Source of the DNA: Octopus sinensis
Taxonomy: Eukaryota
NCBI RefSeq assembly: GCF_006345805.1
Contig: NC_042997.1
Span: forward strand, 185,008,001 to 185,072,000
Reading direction: 5' to 3'
Length of the DNA stretch: 64,000 nucleotides
In this document: in pieces, positions 39,767-52,275 of the stretch
Layout: the number at the start of each line of letters is the position of its first letter
Numbering within the stretch: position 1 is the first letter of the stretch
Notes under the pieces: model-generated
Seen by the model: only the letters and a program-made list of their open reading frames with translations
Database searches by the model: none
What the model was told of the DNA's origin: nothing
Position numbers and translations under genes: made by a program

Positions 39767-40742
39767 GAGAATTACACTATATGTGGATAAAAGACTATAC
39801 AGCCACGGCTTGATCACATTTAATCATAGATCTGCTCGATCAGGGCTGATACAATAAGAAACGATTTTTATATCAATTGAGAAAGTAGGAGCGGAAAAGA
39901 CAAAGAAAACAAAGAGAAAAAAATTCCCGCTAGATTGAGCCACATCACATAGTAAAAGGCAAGTACTCAAGTAACATTAATTGAAATAGCTTTCGTGCTG
40001 CATTCGCTGAAATTCATAATTGCATTTAGAATTTGTTTCGTTCGATTTTCAAGTGGATATTTAAGTGTTTCCGTCGTACGAAATTAGAAAAGAGAAGTAA
40101 AACATAACAATAAGCAATCGTAATAAAAACGCTGACAAGATAAAGAAACTCGACTGTGGATATAATATCTACATCGTCCAAAGCATAAAATTATATTGTC
40201 ACGTGATCGACGAACGACTGTAGGAGCATGGATAAAGATATAGAATTTCGCAATAATACAAGTCTCATAAATAAGACGATATTGCTTCATGAATAAAACG
40301 ATATCAACTCATAAATAACAACGGTTTCAAAAATAAAACTATGTGGTTAGAACAATGAATGGAGAAATACTGTCTAATAAAAGGGTACGGTTTTATGACT
40401 AAAGAAATACAACTCATAAATATATAGATAATTGAATGCAGTTTTATTTAAATAGAAACATACAGTCTCATAAATAAAACGGAAGAGTTCTGTGAATAAT
40501 GTGAGCAGTTATTATTAATATTATAACATTGTCAGGAATCAACATTTTCTCCTTACATGTAAAATGAAAGTTATTATAAATTTGATAAAAATATATTAGC
40601 GTTTTGTTTGCTCCTGTGATGAGATCAGAATAAGACTTAGATGTGCCTATATTTGTATCCCTTGCTTGATTGTATAATGAAAATGATATTAATCATTTAC
40701 TAATTTTGTTCTTTCCATAACGGCATTTGTATAGCTAGATAT

Positions 40743-40928
40743 ATTGAGTTGTCCGGAAAGTTCGTGCCTATTTATAGTAGGATACCTTTCGACTTATTTT
40801 AGAACATGGTTGAGTCCATAAAATAGGATTTGACTACACCTCCATTTAGAGCACAGTTTAAGCTATCTTTTCGTGGAAGAAGGATTATGTCCCTATCACC
40901 TGTGTTAATTCTGTAACCCTTTAAAATG
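40743..40928 (+). mobile_element. 5' fragment of the mariner at 8867
   Basis: ttgagttgtccggaaagttcgtgcc...gtaaccctttaaaatg matches 8867-9050. Confidence 0.85.
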
Positions 40929-41907
40929 ATAATGGTAATGATGATTGTAATAATCATGATGTTTCATGATATTTCATTCCATAAAACTACAGGTCTTTGA
41001 GTGAGGGTCAAGTCGGACAATTCTGGAAAATATTACTGATGGAGAATCACTAAAAGGAAAAAATAAGTTGTAAGAGTGTTGAAATTACGGAAAAGACCAA
41101 AAAAAACTGTTCATTCAGACCTAAGGGATAGTATAATCTGAGGGCAAATAATCATGTGTTGTGATGGGTGGGGTAGCCGAAGTCCCAGAAACGGTCAGGA
41201 AAGAGTTAGCACCCATAAATTTTAACATGAAAAACGCCTGTATTGTAAAATTACTGTGAAAGGTGAATAAAGCTGTTGATTTTCAACTGGACAAATACTT
41301 AAATACCATGACTTTTGGCGAAATTGTTACAGAAGGTGGACATTATGGAAAGCATAAAGCTGTACAGTGCATTGAGCTAAAAGAATGCAATACCACTCTG
41401 CCAATCATATTTACGCTATTACAGCTTCCAGAACAAATAACGTTCGCAATGATCTTATAATAATTCTGCTTGTCCCTCCGTTGCTTAGCCGGTCCATACA
41501 AATTAGTTGAAGAGGGAGGGAATGGGGGGCGGGTGGGAATGGGATGGATGTGGGAGGGGAAGTTGCCGGAGAGATGGTTGTAAGTAAAATGTGCAATTTC
41601 CTTTTTTGAATTAAGTTTTTTTTTCCTCCGTTACTTAGCCCGTTTGTAACACTTACAGGTGATTAGTTAAAGGGAAAGGCGAAGAGCGAAAGAAAAAGGG
41701 GAGAAAAAAGGAGGGTAAGGCGAAGAATGACGGAGAAAGAGGGAGAGTGCTGTGTATTAAGTCTATAAAATTGTGCATAAAGTATGTATGAGTTTATTAA
41801 AATTCTTGAGAGTTCATGCCAGTCGCTTACAAAGCGATAATACTTTTTAAGTTAAGAGAGTTCCTGGTGTTTGTAAATGTGGTTGAGTTGGTGTGTATGT
41901 ATGCATG

Positions 41908-41948
<41 letters not shown>

Positions 41949-42780
41949 ATGTGTGTATGTGTGCTTTTTAATTTGCGCTAATAATCAGGTTTTAGGTCAT
42001 ATTGGAGCACCGTTTTAGCCACGTCACTGCGTATGTCCCACTAGACACCCAATATTTTGGTTATTTGATGGATCAACAAAATCGGTAGAGGTCGCTTTCG
42101 TTTAGTCGTAGCCTTTTGCAATTGACTGAAGCTCGATACTAGAAGAAAAATGCACTTACACACCTTTTAGAAATATCAAAGGAAATATATAAACATTTAT
42201 GTTTACACTGTTCAACAGTCTCTCGAGCTCTAAAACTTGGTTTCCATCTAGTTAACAAATATCAATGTTATTGTTAGTGATGAATATAATATGACATGAA
42301 CAAGAAGTAAATTCTCTTGTGAATTAAATTCACAAGCTGCTTTTTGATCTCCTTTTGAAGCTAATTCAAATGAATTCTGCAGTTAATTCCGTGGAAAAGG
42401 CAACAACGTCACAACTTTCAACTGTTGGAATCTAGACAAAAGAAACCAATTCTGTATTTACTGATTCCGTTAATCTATTTTCTATTTTCAGACTACACTT
42501 ACAGTCAGTCACTTTATCTACTATTCGCTATATGGTTGTCAGACTCTATTGCTTGCAATCTATGTGTTTTGCTGAACTTCCTTTGCTGTATAATCCTCTC
42601 TTTGTAAACTTCTGTCATTCATTGTCTTTAAGTGACTGCAGCCATTTGCCTTTTACTACTACGTTACTATTTGACTTTGTCACGCTTCTGCTTGTTTACG
42701 TTGTCGTTCCCAAGGAAGCAAAAATCATCATTCTTCTTTCACTAACTGAAGTGGTTTCCTCCATGGAAGTTTCAATACAA

Positions 42781-43183
42781 GGCGGCGAGCTGGCAGAAAC
42801 GTTAGTGCGCCGGACAAAATGCTTAGCAGTATTTCGTCTGCCGCAACGTTCTCAGTTCAAATTCCGCCGAGGTCGACTTTGCCTTTCATCCTTTCGGGGG
42901 TCGATAAATTAAGTACCAGTTACGCACTGGGGTCGATATAATCGATTTAATCCGTCTGTCTGTCCTTGTTTGTCCCCTCTGTGTTTAGCCCCTTGTGGGT
43001 AGTAAAGAAATAGGTATTTCGTCTGCCGCTACGTTCTGTATTCAACTTCCGCCGAGGTCGACTTTGCCTTTCATCCTTTCGGAGTCGATAATTTAAGTAC
43101 TTGCTGCGTACTGGGGTCGACGTAATCAACTGGGCCCCTCCCCCAAATTTCGGGCCTTGTGCCTAGAGTAGAAAAGAGTATTA
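42781..43183 (+). mobile_element. SINE family A dimer (first tail type, then alternative tail)
   Basis: Second unit restarts at 43015; ends ccttgtgcctagagtagaaaagagtatta. Confidence 0.88.
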
Positions 43184-43399
43184 CAAGACCTCGGTTTATT
43201 CTTTAAAAACAAGAAAGACTTCAGCTTTCAACAACCGATGCCCCTCAACAGTCCTCATGTGTGTCTTCATTGAAGATCTGTTCACATATAAGAATATGCT
43301 GCTACTACCTATTAAAGTAACAACAGACCTGTTTGATTTGCAAAGACTCACTGATTTCTAACGGCATTTCAGTTACGCTTTGTTTCCTTTTTCTGGCAC

Positions 43400-43648
43400 A
43401 TAAACTGTCTGTCCATGTTTGTCCTCTCTGTGTTTAGCCCCTTGTGGGTAGTAAAGAAATAGGTATTTCGTCTGTTTTTACGTTCTGAGTTCAAATTCCG
43501 CCGAGGTAGACTTTGCCTTTCATCCTTTCGGAGTCGATAAATTAAGTACCAGCTACGTACTGGGGTCGATGTAATCAACTGGCCCCCTCCCCCAAATTTC
43601 GGGCCTTGTGCCTAGAGTTGAAAAGAGTATTACAAGACCTCGGTTTTT
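43400..43648 (+). repeat. Local duplicate of the distal half of the 42781 SINE dimer plus flank
   Basis: Same variants (ggagtcgataa, gtactggggtcga..taatcaactgg) and the same downstream flank ttacaagacctcggttt. Confidence 0.75.
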
Positions 43649-44169
43649 CGCCGAAATAACAGATGTATATCTCTTCACACATGCCTTCTTATTTCTCCTC
43701 ATCATGCCATCGGCTCTAAACGCACCGGTGGTTACCTCTTCAGGATATCCTCGGAAATTTTCACTTTACTCTAGATTTTTTTTTCTGCTGATAATCGAAC
43801 TAGGCATAATCAACTTGAGTATAAACCTCTTGGGTTCATGGAAGCACGCACTTACCGAGATTTTCTAGAATGACTACTAGTTTCGGGATACAGTCTGAAT
43901 TTCGTCCTTACGGAAACTGGAATAAATTTTAACAATTTATATACAATATTTACTTCTTAGACAAAATATCAATCTGTATACATGTACATATGCATACATA
44001 TATGTGTATGCATATCAGTGTGTATGTTTATGTGTATGCAAATGCTTGTTTGCACCTTTATATAAACACTTACAGAATGTACAGTGGAAATTTTCTCTGT
44101 GAATAGTCCTATGTGTGCTTCAATAGGTTTTCTTCTGTACTTCTCACTCATTCACTAATTCTTCCTCTC

Positions 44170-44337
44170 TCTCTCTCTTTTGTCATATATGTATGTGCGT
44201 GTATATATATGTATATACACAAATACACATAGATATATAAATATACAAACAGATACATATATATATATATATATGTATGTATATATAATATATATATTGT
44301 ATATATATATATATATGTATGTATGTATGTATATATG

Positions 44338-44388
<51 letters not shown>

Positions 44389-44490
44389 ATATATATATAT
44401 GTATATGTGTATATATATATGTATGTATGTATGTATATATGTATATATATATATATATAATATATAGTATGTATGTATGTATGTATATAG

Positions 44491-44525
<35 letters not shown>

Positions 44526-44528
44526 GTA

Positions 44529-44582
<54 letters not shown>

Positions 44583-44583
44583 A
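44170..44583. repeat. (TA)n/(TATG)n microsatellite
   Basis: Directly visible. Confidence 0.95.
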
Positions 44584-44869
44584 ATCAACCTTTACCAGTG
44601 CCACTATTTATCATCAACACCAAAAGCAATACACAACCATTACCATTACCCCCCCCCCCTTCAACTTCTTAATGAGCCACAACAACATTAACTATAGTAT
44701 GAACAAGATAAGCAATTCCATCTAAAATAAAAAAAAAAGACAATGACGTGAGATAATGTTGTACTGTAATGTTTTTAAACGTTGAATGAAATGTCTTTGA
44801 TCTCGGGTCAAAGAGGCTTGACTTGAGACGAAACAGAAACAACAATACAATTATCAAGAACAATTTAAC

Positions 44870-46050
44870 CAACGCCACCACGAAATAATATCCCCATCAA
44901 CACCAACATCACCCCCACGACCCACCCGCCACCACCACTACTTCCTTCACCACCACCACCACTACCACTAACACCACCACTACCACCACCACCACTACTA
45001 CGTTCACCACCACTATGACCGCCACCACCACTACTACCTTCACCACCACCACCACCACCACCGCCACCACCACTATTGCCTTCACCACCACCGTCACCAC
45101 CACAACCGTCACCACCACTACTACCTTCACTACCACCACCACCACCATCACCACCACGACCCACCCGCCACCACCACTACCACTAACACCACCACTACCA
45201 CCACCACCACTACCACTACCACCACCACTACTACCTTCACCACCACCACCACTACTACTACGTTCACCACCACTATGACCGCCACCACCACTACTACCTC
45301 ACTACCACCACCACCACACCACCACCACCACCACCACCACCACCACCACCACTACTACTACGTTCACCACCACTATGACCGCCACCACCACTACCACCAC
45401 CACCACTATTGCCTTCACCACCACCACCACCACCACCGCCACCACCACTATTGCCTTCACCACCACCACCACCACCACCACCACCACCACCACTATTGCC
45501 TTCACCACCACCGTCACCACCACAACCGTCACCACCACTACTACCTCACTACCACCACCACCACCACCACACAACCGTCACCACCACTACTACCTTCACT
45601 ACCACCACCACCACCACCACCACCACCACCACACCACCACCACCACTATTGCCTTCACCACCACCGTCACCACACTACTACCTTCACCACCACCACCACC
45701 ACCATCACCACCACCACCACCACCACCACCACCGCCACCACCACTATTGCCTTCACCACCACCACCACACCACCGCCACCACCACTATTGCCTTCACCAC
45801 CACCACCACCACCACCACCACTATTGCCTTCACCACCACCGTCACCACCACAACCGTCACCACCACTACTACCTTCACTACCACCACCACCACCACAACC
45901 GTCACCACCACTACTACCTTCACTACCACCACCACCACCACCACCACCACCACCGCCACCACCACTATTGCCTTCACCACCACCGTCACCACCACTACTA
46001 CCTTCACCACCACCACCACCACCACCACCGCCGCCGCCGCCGCCACCACC
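44870..46050. repeat. ~1.2-kb degenerate (ACC)n array with higher-order blocks
   Basis: Recurrent blocks accactattgccttcacc, accgtcaccaccacaaccgtc and ctactacgttcaccaccactatgaccgcc. Confidence 0.92.
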
Positions 46051-46762
46051 TCACGAATTTATTTTGAATAAATAACAACAATTCTAGTAGTTGCACGACA
46101 GCAATGTTTGTAGCTACATATGTTGTATGTCAATACAAAATGAGAGAGAGAGTTTGTGTGTGTGTGTGTGCATGCGTCTATGCGTGTATTTGTGTGTGTG
46201 TGTATGAGAGAGTGAATAAGAGAGCGAGAAAGCGAGAGAGAGAGAGAAAGAGAGAGGGAGAGAGGGAGAGCGAGAGAGTGAAAGAGAGAAAGCAGACTGT
46301 AGAATTTACGGCTTGGTTCAAACGTGCAAGGAACGAATTGCCTTCGAACGTGATAACCCTTCAACTATCTGTAATCATAGAGTAATTCCTCCCAACTACT
46401 TTACCATTTTATCCCATCATTTCTATTCTTAAATCCATAAGAATAACACGTTTTAGGCTCTTACTAAACGATTATTTCCTGGCACTATTTATCCTACCAG
46501 ATATATGTTGTAGATAATTATTGATCGCCGACACTGTTGGTTTTGCTTACAGTTCAGAATACCTAGAGAAAAGTCATCAAGTAGAATTTTAGATGGTAGT
46601 GCGAAAACTGTAAAAGCTGTTACGTTGGAGTATTAAAAGACGGTTTCAAATGTTTAAGATGCGCTTGAATTTGCATAACATAAAAATGACTGGTGAAACT
46701 ACCAGATTAGTTATAGAGACTGCTACTTAGCCCCTGTATCTACACTGGATACATATATACAT

Positions 46763-46816
<54 letters not shown>

Positions 46817-46832
46817 TATATATATCTATATA

Positions 46833-46862
<30 letters not shown>

Positions 46863-46870
<8 letters not shown>

Positions 46871-47157
46871 AAAGGGCTTAGTAAAATAAATTACTTTGCC
46901 GCATACTGAACTCATTAGAAATAGCAGCTAAAAAACTTTTTTAAAGCTATTTCTAATACTTAAAGAAAATCTCTCTCATATATAGTGTTTGCTTAATTCA
47001 ACTCACAACTTTTGTGAGTTGAATTAAGCAAACACTATATATGAGAGAGATTTTCTTTAAGTATTAGAAATAGCTTTAAAAAAGTTTTTTAGCTGCTATT
47101 TCTAATGAGTTCAGTATGCGGCAAAGTAATTTATTTTACTAAGCCCTTTTATATAAT
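46863..47157. repeat. Apparently perfect palindrome: 146-bp arms, 3-nt spacer
   Basis: 46863-47008 and 47012-47157 are reverse complements; spacer ctt; left arm abuts (TA)n. Confidence 0.92.
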
Positions 47158-47250
47158 GTAATAATTTGAATTTGCCTTGAATGGTCCCTTTGCATACTGA
47201 ACACTTGGTGAAATTGATTAATAATTAATTAATTTTGCCCTCAATTGTTG

Positions 47251-47317
<67 letters not shown>

Positions 47318-47331
47318 ATATATATATAAAT

Positions 47332-47362
<31 letters not shown>

Positions 47363-47460
47363 AATTAAATTAGAGATAAAACCACTATTAGGCAAATCAA
47401 ACAGTGAAAAACATAAAGCAAAAGAAAAATGAATATAATTAATATAATATGCAAAATATA

Positions 47461-47858
47461 TCTTTATATATAAAAGAGAAGTTGTGTGTCTGTCTCCTAC
47501 GATTTAGATTCCTAACTACTCCCACATTTTGCGCTGCAGTTTAACCAAAAGCGGGTATCTTATAGTCGTGATTCATATCGAGCCCTTCTGGGTATTAGCG
47601 CGCGTCTACGATGAGTCTACGATTTAAAAAAAATTTACCATCCTTTTTTTCCATTTTAATGCATTTTTTCGCTATTATATAAGAGAAGTAACTCTCTAAA
47701 AATGTCGAGGATGAGTCAACGATTTAAAAAAAAAATTTACCATAATTTCTTTTCCATTTTTTATGCCTTTTTTTGCTATTTTTTGGCTATAACTTTCTAA
47801 AAACGCTTATATAGTTATTTCCCTTACAAACCCGAGCAACGCCGGGCGATACTGCTGG
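47461..47858 (+). mobile_element. Non-autonomous Helitron
   Basis: 5' TC (tctttatatataaaag); 3' hairpin cccgagcaacgccggg followed by ctgg (CTRR); inserted between A and T. Confidence 0.85.
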
Positions 47859-48006
47859 TAAAATATAAAATTTAAAATTAAATTATTTAAATTTTAAATT
47901 TTTAATTTATAATTATAAATTTTTATATTTTTTAATATTTTTAAAAGTTTAAATTTATAAATTTTTAAACTTTTTATTTTTTAATATTTGTATTTATTTA
48001 TTTAAT

Positions 48007-48108
48007 ATGGTACTTAAGTTAAAGGCACCAGAATTTAGTATGGTATTATTCATACAATTCAAAATGGGGTGATTATAATCAAAATAAGCAACAAGGATAT
48101 CCTTGTTG

Positions 48109-48160
<52 letters not shown>

Positions 48161-48284
48161 TTCAGTGAAATTTAAATTCAGTTGAAAATGGTACTTAAGT
48201 TAAAGGCACCAGAATTTAGTATGGTATTATCCATATAATTAAAAATGGGGTGACTATAATCAAAATAAGCAACAAGGATATCCT
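48007..48284. repeat. ~100-bp duplicated segment; the first copy ends in a 28-bp fold-back
   Basis: atggtacttaagttaaaggcacc...taagcaacaaggatatcc at 48007 and 48188; palindrome taagcaacaaggat|atccttgttgctta at 48085-48112. Confidence 0.85.
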
Positions 48285-48407
48285 ATAAGATTTAAAGCTT
48301 CCAAAAATCGTTTCAGTTGTGTTCTGGGAGAAAACACTCCTGGTGTTATGGAATTAAAAGGCCTACCTCTGATTTTCTTTGTCTTGTTTTAGAGTGGTAC
48401 ACTATCC

Positions 48408-48560
48408 AACAAAGCATTTCTCATTTTAGATAATGTACCAAGACCCCGAGTAAACTTAAATAAACTTTCCAATTATGTGAGCGTAGAACATATCATCAAA
48501 AATATCAGTTTCCTGTTCCAGCCAATATGATAGCTAACTTCAAGTTAAGTTATCTGAAAA
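48408..48560 (+). pseudogene. pogo/Tigger DDE transposase fragment
   Basis: NKAFLILDNVP..VNLNKLS..KNISFLFQP, then frameshifted IANFK; resembles the LILDNAPGHP..NTTSLLQPMDQG..ANFK motif. Confidence 0.65.
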
Positions 48561-48645
48561 CTTTTGAAAGGATAAGCTAGAAACGAAGCAAAGGACATTG
48601 TGATCAGCAATGTATAACACCGTCCTATAGTCTGCTCGATCACGT

Positions 48646-48681
<36 letters not shown>

Positions 48682-48815
48682 GGCATTATACATACATGCC
48701 AGGAGGCATTCTACATACACGCCATACGCTAAGAGGGACAATCAGTCATTTCTACCAAAAATATTACTAATCCTACCGAATGCAATTTTTCAAAGAAAGA
48801 CATTTAAAAATATAT

Positions 48816-48863
48816 AGACCTGTATCACAGTGATTTCATACTTACGTAATCATCAGCAGGCCT
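48816..48863 (-). ncRNA. Minimal type-I hammerhead ribozyme, array copy 1
   Basis: Reverse complement of the motif at 49709-49756. Confidence 0.75.
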
Positions 48864-49296
48864 GAATATACTATAAATAAACAACGACCCTGCTTCGCTT
48901 AAGCCGATCAGCTAACTGATCAACATCAACGAAGCACATGGGTGAATTTATATATACTATATCCGGATGAATGGCAAACTTTTACGAATTGCATTTCGGG
49001 AGAGGAAAAGTTTTTTCGGAATAAAAATTTAGCAATTAAGGACAACTACTTAATAAGGAAAACTTAACAAGAAATTGTCAGGTAGATAGCGTAAAAACCT
49101 CATAAGAGAAAAAATTTCGAAAATAATTATTTCTTATTGAACATATTAATTTATATATAGAGGGCATTATACATACATGCCAGGAGGCATTCTACATACA
49201 CGCCATACGCTAAGAGGGACAATCAGTCATTTCTACCAAAAATATTACTAATCCTACCGAATGCAATTTTTCAAAGAAAGACATTTAAAAATATAT

Positions 49297-49344
49297 AGAC
49301 CTGTATCACAGTGATTTCATACTTACGTAATCATCAGCAGGCCT
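49297..49344 (-). ncRNA. Minimal type-I hammerhead ribozyme, array copy 2
   Basis: Same motif, 481 bp from copy 1. Confidence 0.75.
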
Positions 49345-49708
49345 GAATATACTATAAATAAACAACGACCCTGCTTCGCTTAAGCCTCCTGGCATGTATG
49401 TATAATGCCCTCTATATATAAATTAATATGTTCAATAAGAAATAATTATTTTCGAAATTTTTTCTCTTATGAGGTTTTTACGCTATCTACCTGACAATTT
49501 CTTGTTAAGTTTTCCTTATTAAGTAGTTGTCCTTAATTGCTAAATTTTTATTCCGAAAAAACTTTTCCTCTCCCGAAATGCAATTCGTAAAAGTTTGCCA
49601 TTCATCCGGATATAGTATATATAAATTCACCCATGTGCTTCGTTGATGTTGATCAGTTAGCTGATCGGCTTAAGCGAAGCAGGGTCGTTGTTTATTTATA
49701 GTATATTC

Positions 49709-49756
49709 AGGCCTGCTGATGATTACGTAAGTATGAAATCACTGTGATACAGGTCT
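49709..49756 (+). ncRNA. Minimal type-I hammerhead ribozyme, array copy 3
   Basis: aggcctg-CTGATGA-t-tac(gtaa)gta-t-GAAA-tcac-t-gtga-TA-caggtct. Confidence 0.78.
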
Positions 49757-50389
49757 ATATATTTTTAAATGTCTTTCTTTGAAAAATTGCATTCGGTAGG
49801 ATTAGTAATATTTTTGGTAGAAATGACTGATTGTCCCTCTTAGCGTATGGCGTGTATGTAGAATGCCTCCTGGCATGTATGTATAATGCCCTCTATATAT
49901 AAATTAATATGTTCAATAAGAAATAATTATTTTCGAAATTTTTTCTCTTATGAGGTTTTTACGCTATCTACCTGACAATTTCTTGTTAAGTTTTCCTTAT
50001 TAAGTAGTTGTCCTTAATTGCTATATATATATATATATATATATAGCATCATCGTGGCAAAACGCCTCCCATCGCATTCTTCGGATTAGGTCCTTAGTTT
50101 TGGAGAGGAGGAGTAAAAGGAAAGTCTTTTGTGAAGGAATAAGTGTGCCCTTAAGAGAGATGCCAAGGAATTGTTTATCCATTACTGAAGCTTTACCCGG
50201 GATAAGTGCTTATATTAGCGAGAAGTTGAGGCTATAAGAGATAATGGTGTCATTGAGACCCAAAGGTATATATATATATATTATATATATACATACATAT
50301 ATACACACATATATATACACATATATACAAGTAATATACATATTACTTTGTAGAATATATCGCGTGTAAAACTTGTGGATATGTTAAAT

Positions 50390-50585
50390 CGTAGTTCTAG
50401 AATTGTTAGAACGTCGGCTAAAATGTCTTGTGTTATTTGCTTCGACCCTTTTTGTTCTCAGTTCAAATCCTGCTGGGGTCAATTTTTTTTTATTCCTTCG
50501 CAGCTGATAAAGTACAGCTACCAGTGTTGTACTGCTGGGGTCGATGGAACCAACCTTCTCAAACTCTTTAGGCTTTTGCATAAAC
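50390..50585 (+). mobile_element. Old, diverged SINE family A copy
   Basis: ttctcagttcaaatcctgctggggtcaatttt..gataaagtacagctaccag..ctggggtcgat. Confidence 0.6.
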
Positions 50586-50594
50586 TAGAAATGT

Positions 50595-50853
50595 GGAGGC
50601 GCGTGACTTAGTGTTTAGAGTGTCAGCATCATGATCGTAAGATTGTGGTTTCGATTCCTGGATCGGGCGACGCGTTGTGTTCTTGAGCAAAACACTTCAT
50701 TTCACGTTGCTCCAGTCCACTCAGCTGGCAAAAATGAGTAATGCTGCGATGGACTGGCGTCCCGTCCAGCTGGGGAACACATACGCCATTGAAACCGGGA
50801 AACCGGGCTCATGAGCCTGGCTAGGCTTTAAAAGGGCGCATTTATTTATTTTT
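50595..50853 (+). mobile_element. tRNA-derived SINE family E (CORE-like plus V-like domains) with 12-bp TSD
   Basis: tgttcttgagcaaaacacttc core, gcgatggactggcgtcccgtccag and (attt)n tail; ataaactagaaa on both flanks. Confidence 0.88.
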
Positions 50854-52019
50854 ATAAACTAGAAACACTTAGTAGCTCTAGATTAGAATATTGAACTCTA
50901 TTCCCGGAATATAAACGTACGTACAAGACTGCTTTGGAAAATATAGGGATTGAGAATGCAAGAGATAGGAATTAATATACGAAAGGAAATCGTACATATA
51001 GGTATAGTTTAAGTCTAGTTATCTTCTCTCATCTGATTTTATAAAAAAAAAAAATGTCAGATTTTTGTTAACTAATTTACACGCTCTTGTTTTTTCTCAA
51101 GTCTTTTTGGCATTGCAGTTTTGAAAATGTTAATTTTTTTTATTCTTTATATTTTTTCTTACACTGCCGTAGTAATTATTATTAGTTTTGTTAGATTATT
51201 AATGCATTTGTTGTTTTAATTTATGTTTGATTTTCCTTTTTATTCTCATTTCGTATTTTTTATGGGTTTTTTCCCCGAAACTGCTTTTATCTTTCTGTAT
51301 TTTTTTGGTAAGGATGCCATTGTTAGTGGAGTTGTTGATTTTGATAGTTTCGAATGAATGGGAAGTATGTTACACTAGTTTTAATGGCGGCTAGTTTTGT
51401 AGTAGTGGGTTGGATGGTATGGCGGTAGGAGATAATGAGTTAAAAGATAAGAAAATAATGAGGGAAGATTTATTATAGATGTTAAAGACAACGCCTTCAC
51501 TTTTTTTTATTTTACCGATTTTCGTTAACTTTCATTTGTTTTCTTTCTCGTATGATATTGTAGAAACGTAACGGACGCAAGAGAAAAAAATGTATGTTGA
51601 GATAAGGTGACAGACACGAAACAGGTCACAAATGAATACAGAGCAGTAAGAAAATAAATTCTAATATGGAGAGGGAGAGAGAAAAAGAGAGATACGAGAA
51701 AAGAGGGAGATATCTATGTCGGCGGAGAGCGAGAAGGTGTGAGCCATTAACAAAAGTGAAAATGTGCAACCGATTCATGGATGCAGACACACTAAAATCG
51801 TGTATACACAAAAACACGTACATATACATATGCACATATATATTATTTATGTATCTATTGCTGGGATTATTTTCTGTCATTACTCAGAGTTTCCTTGTGT
51901 ATGAGATACTCTCAGAAAAGTAATGGAATGTAATCTCGGTACAACAATAAATATATTTACTGTCTACTTCTGCCTTGCTTGTAAACTCAACCACACACAG
52001 ATATATGTGTGTGTGATGA

Positions 52020-52020
52020 A

Positions 52021-52112
<92 letters not shown>

Positions 52113-52134
52113 CATCCATCCATCCATCCGTCTG

Positions 52135-52224
<90 letters not shown>

Positions 52225-52275
52225 CATCCATCCATCTATCTGTCTATCTATCTATCTATCTATTTATTTATCTAT
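52020..52275. repeat. (TATC)n microsatellite
   Basis: Directly visible. Confidence 0.95.

Larger units (their letters stand above)
48679..50023. mobile_element. 481-bp tandem element with internal inversion and three hammerhead motifs (retrozyme/Penelope-like)
   Basis: Unit start gagggcatt at 48679 and 49160. Inversion junction at 49384-49386 (gcc). Reverse units are also 481 bp apart (49384, 49865). (TA)n on both flanks. Confidence 0.85.

Noticed and set aside
51040-51600. T-rich stretch possibly a decayed retroelement ORF on the minus strand
   Set aside because: Too many stops and no diagnostic motif.
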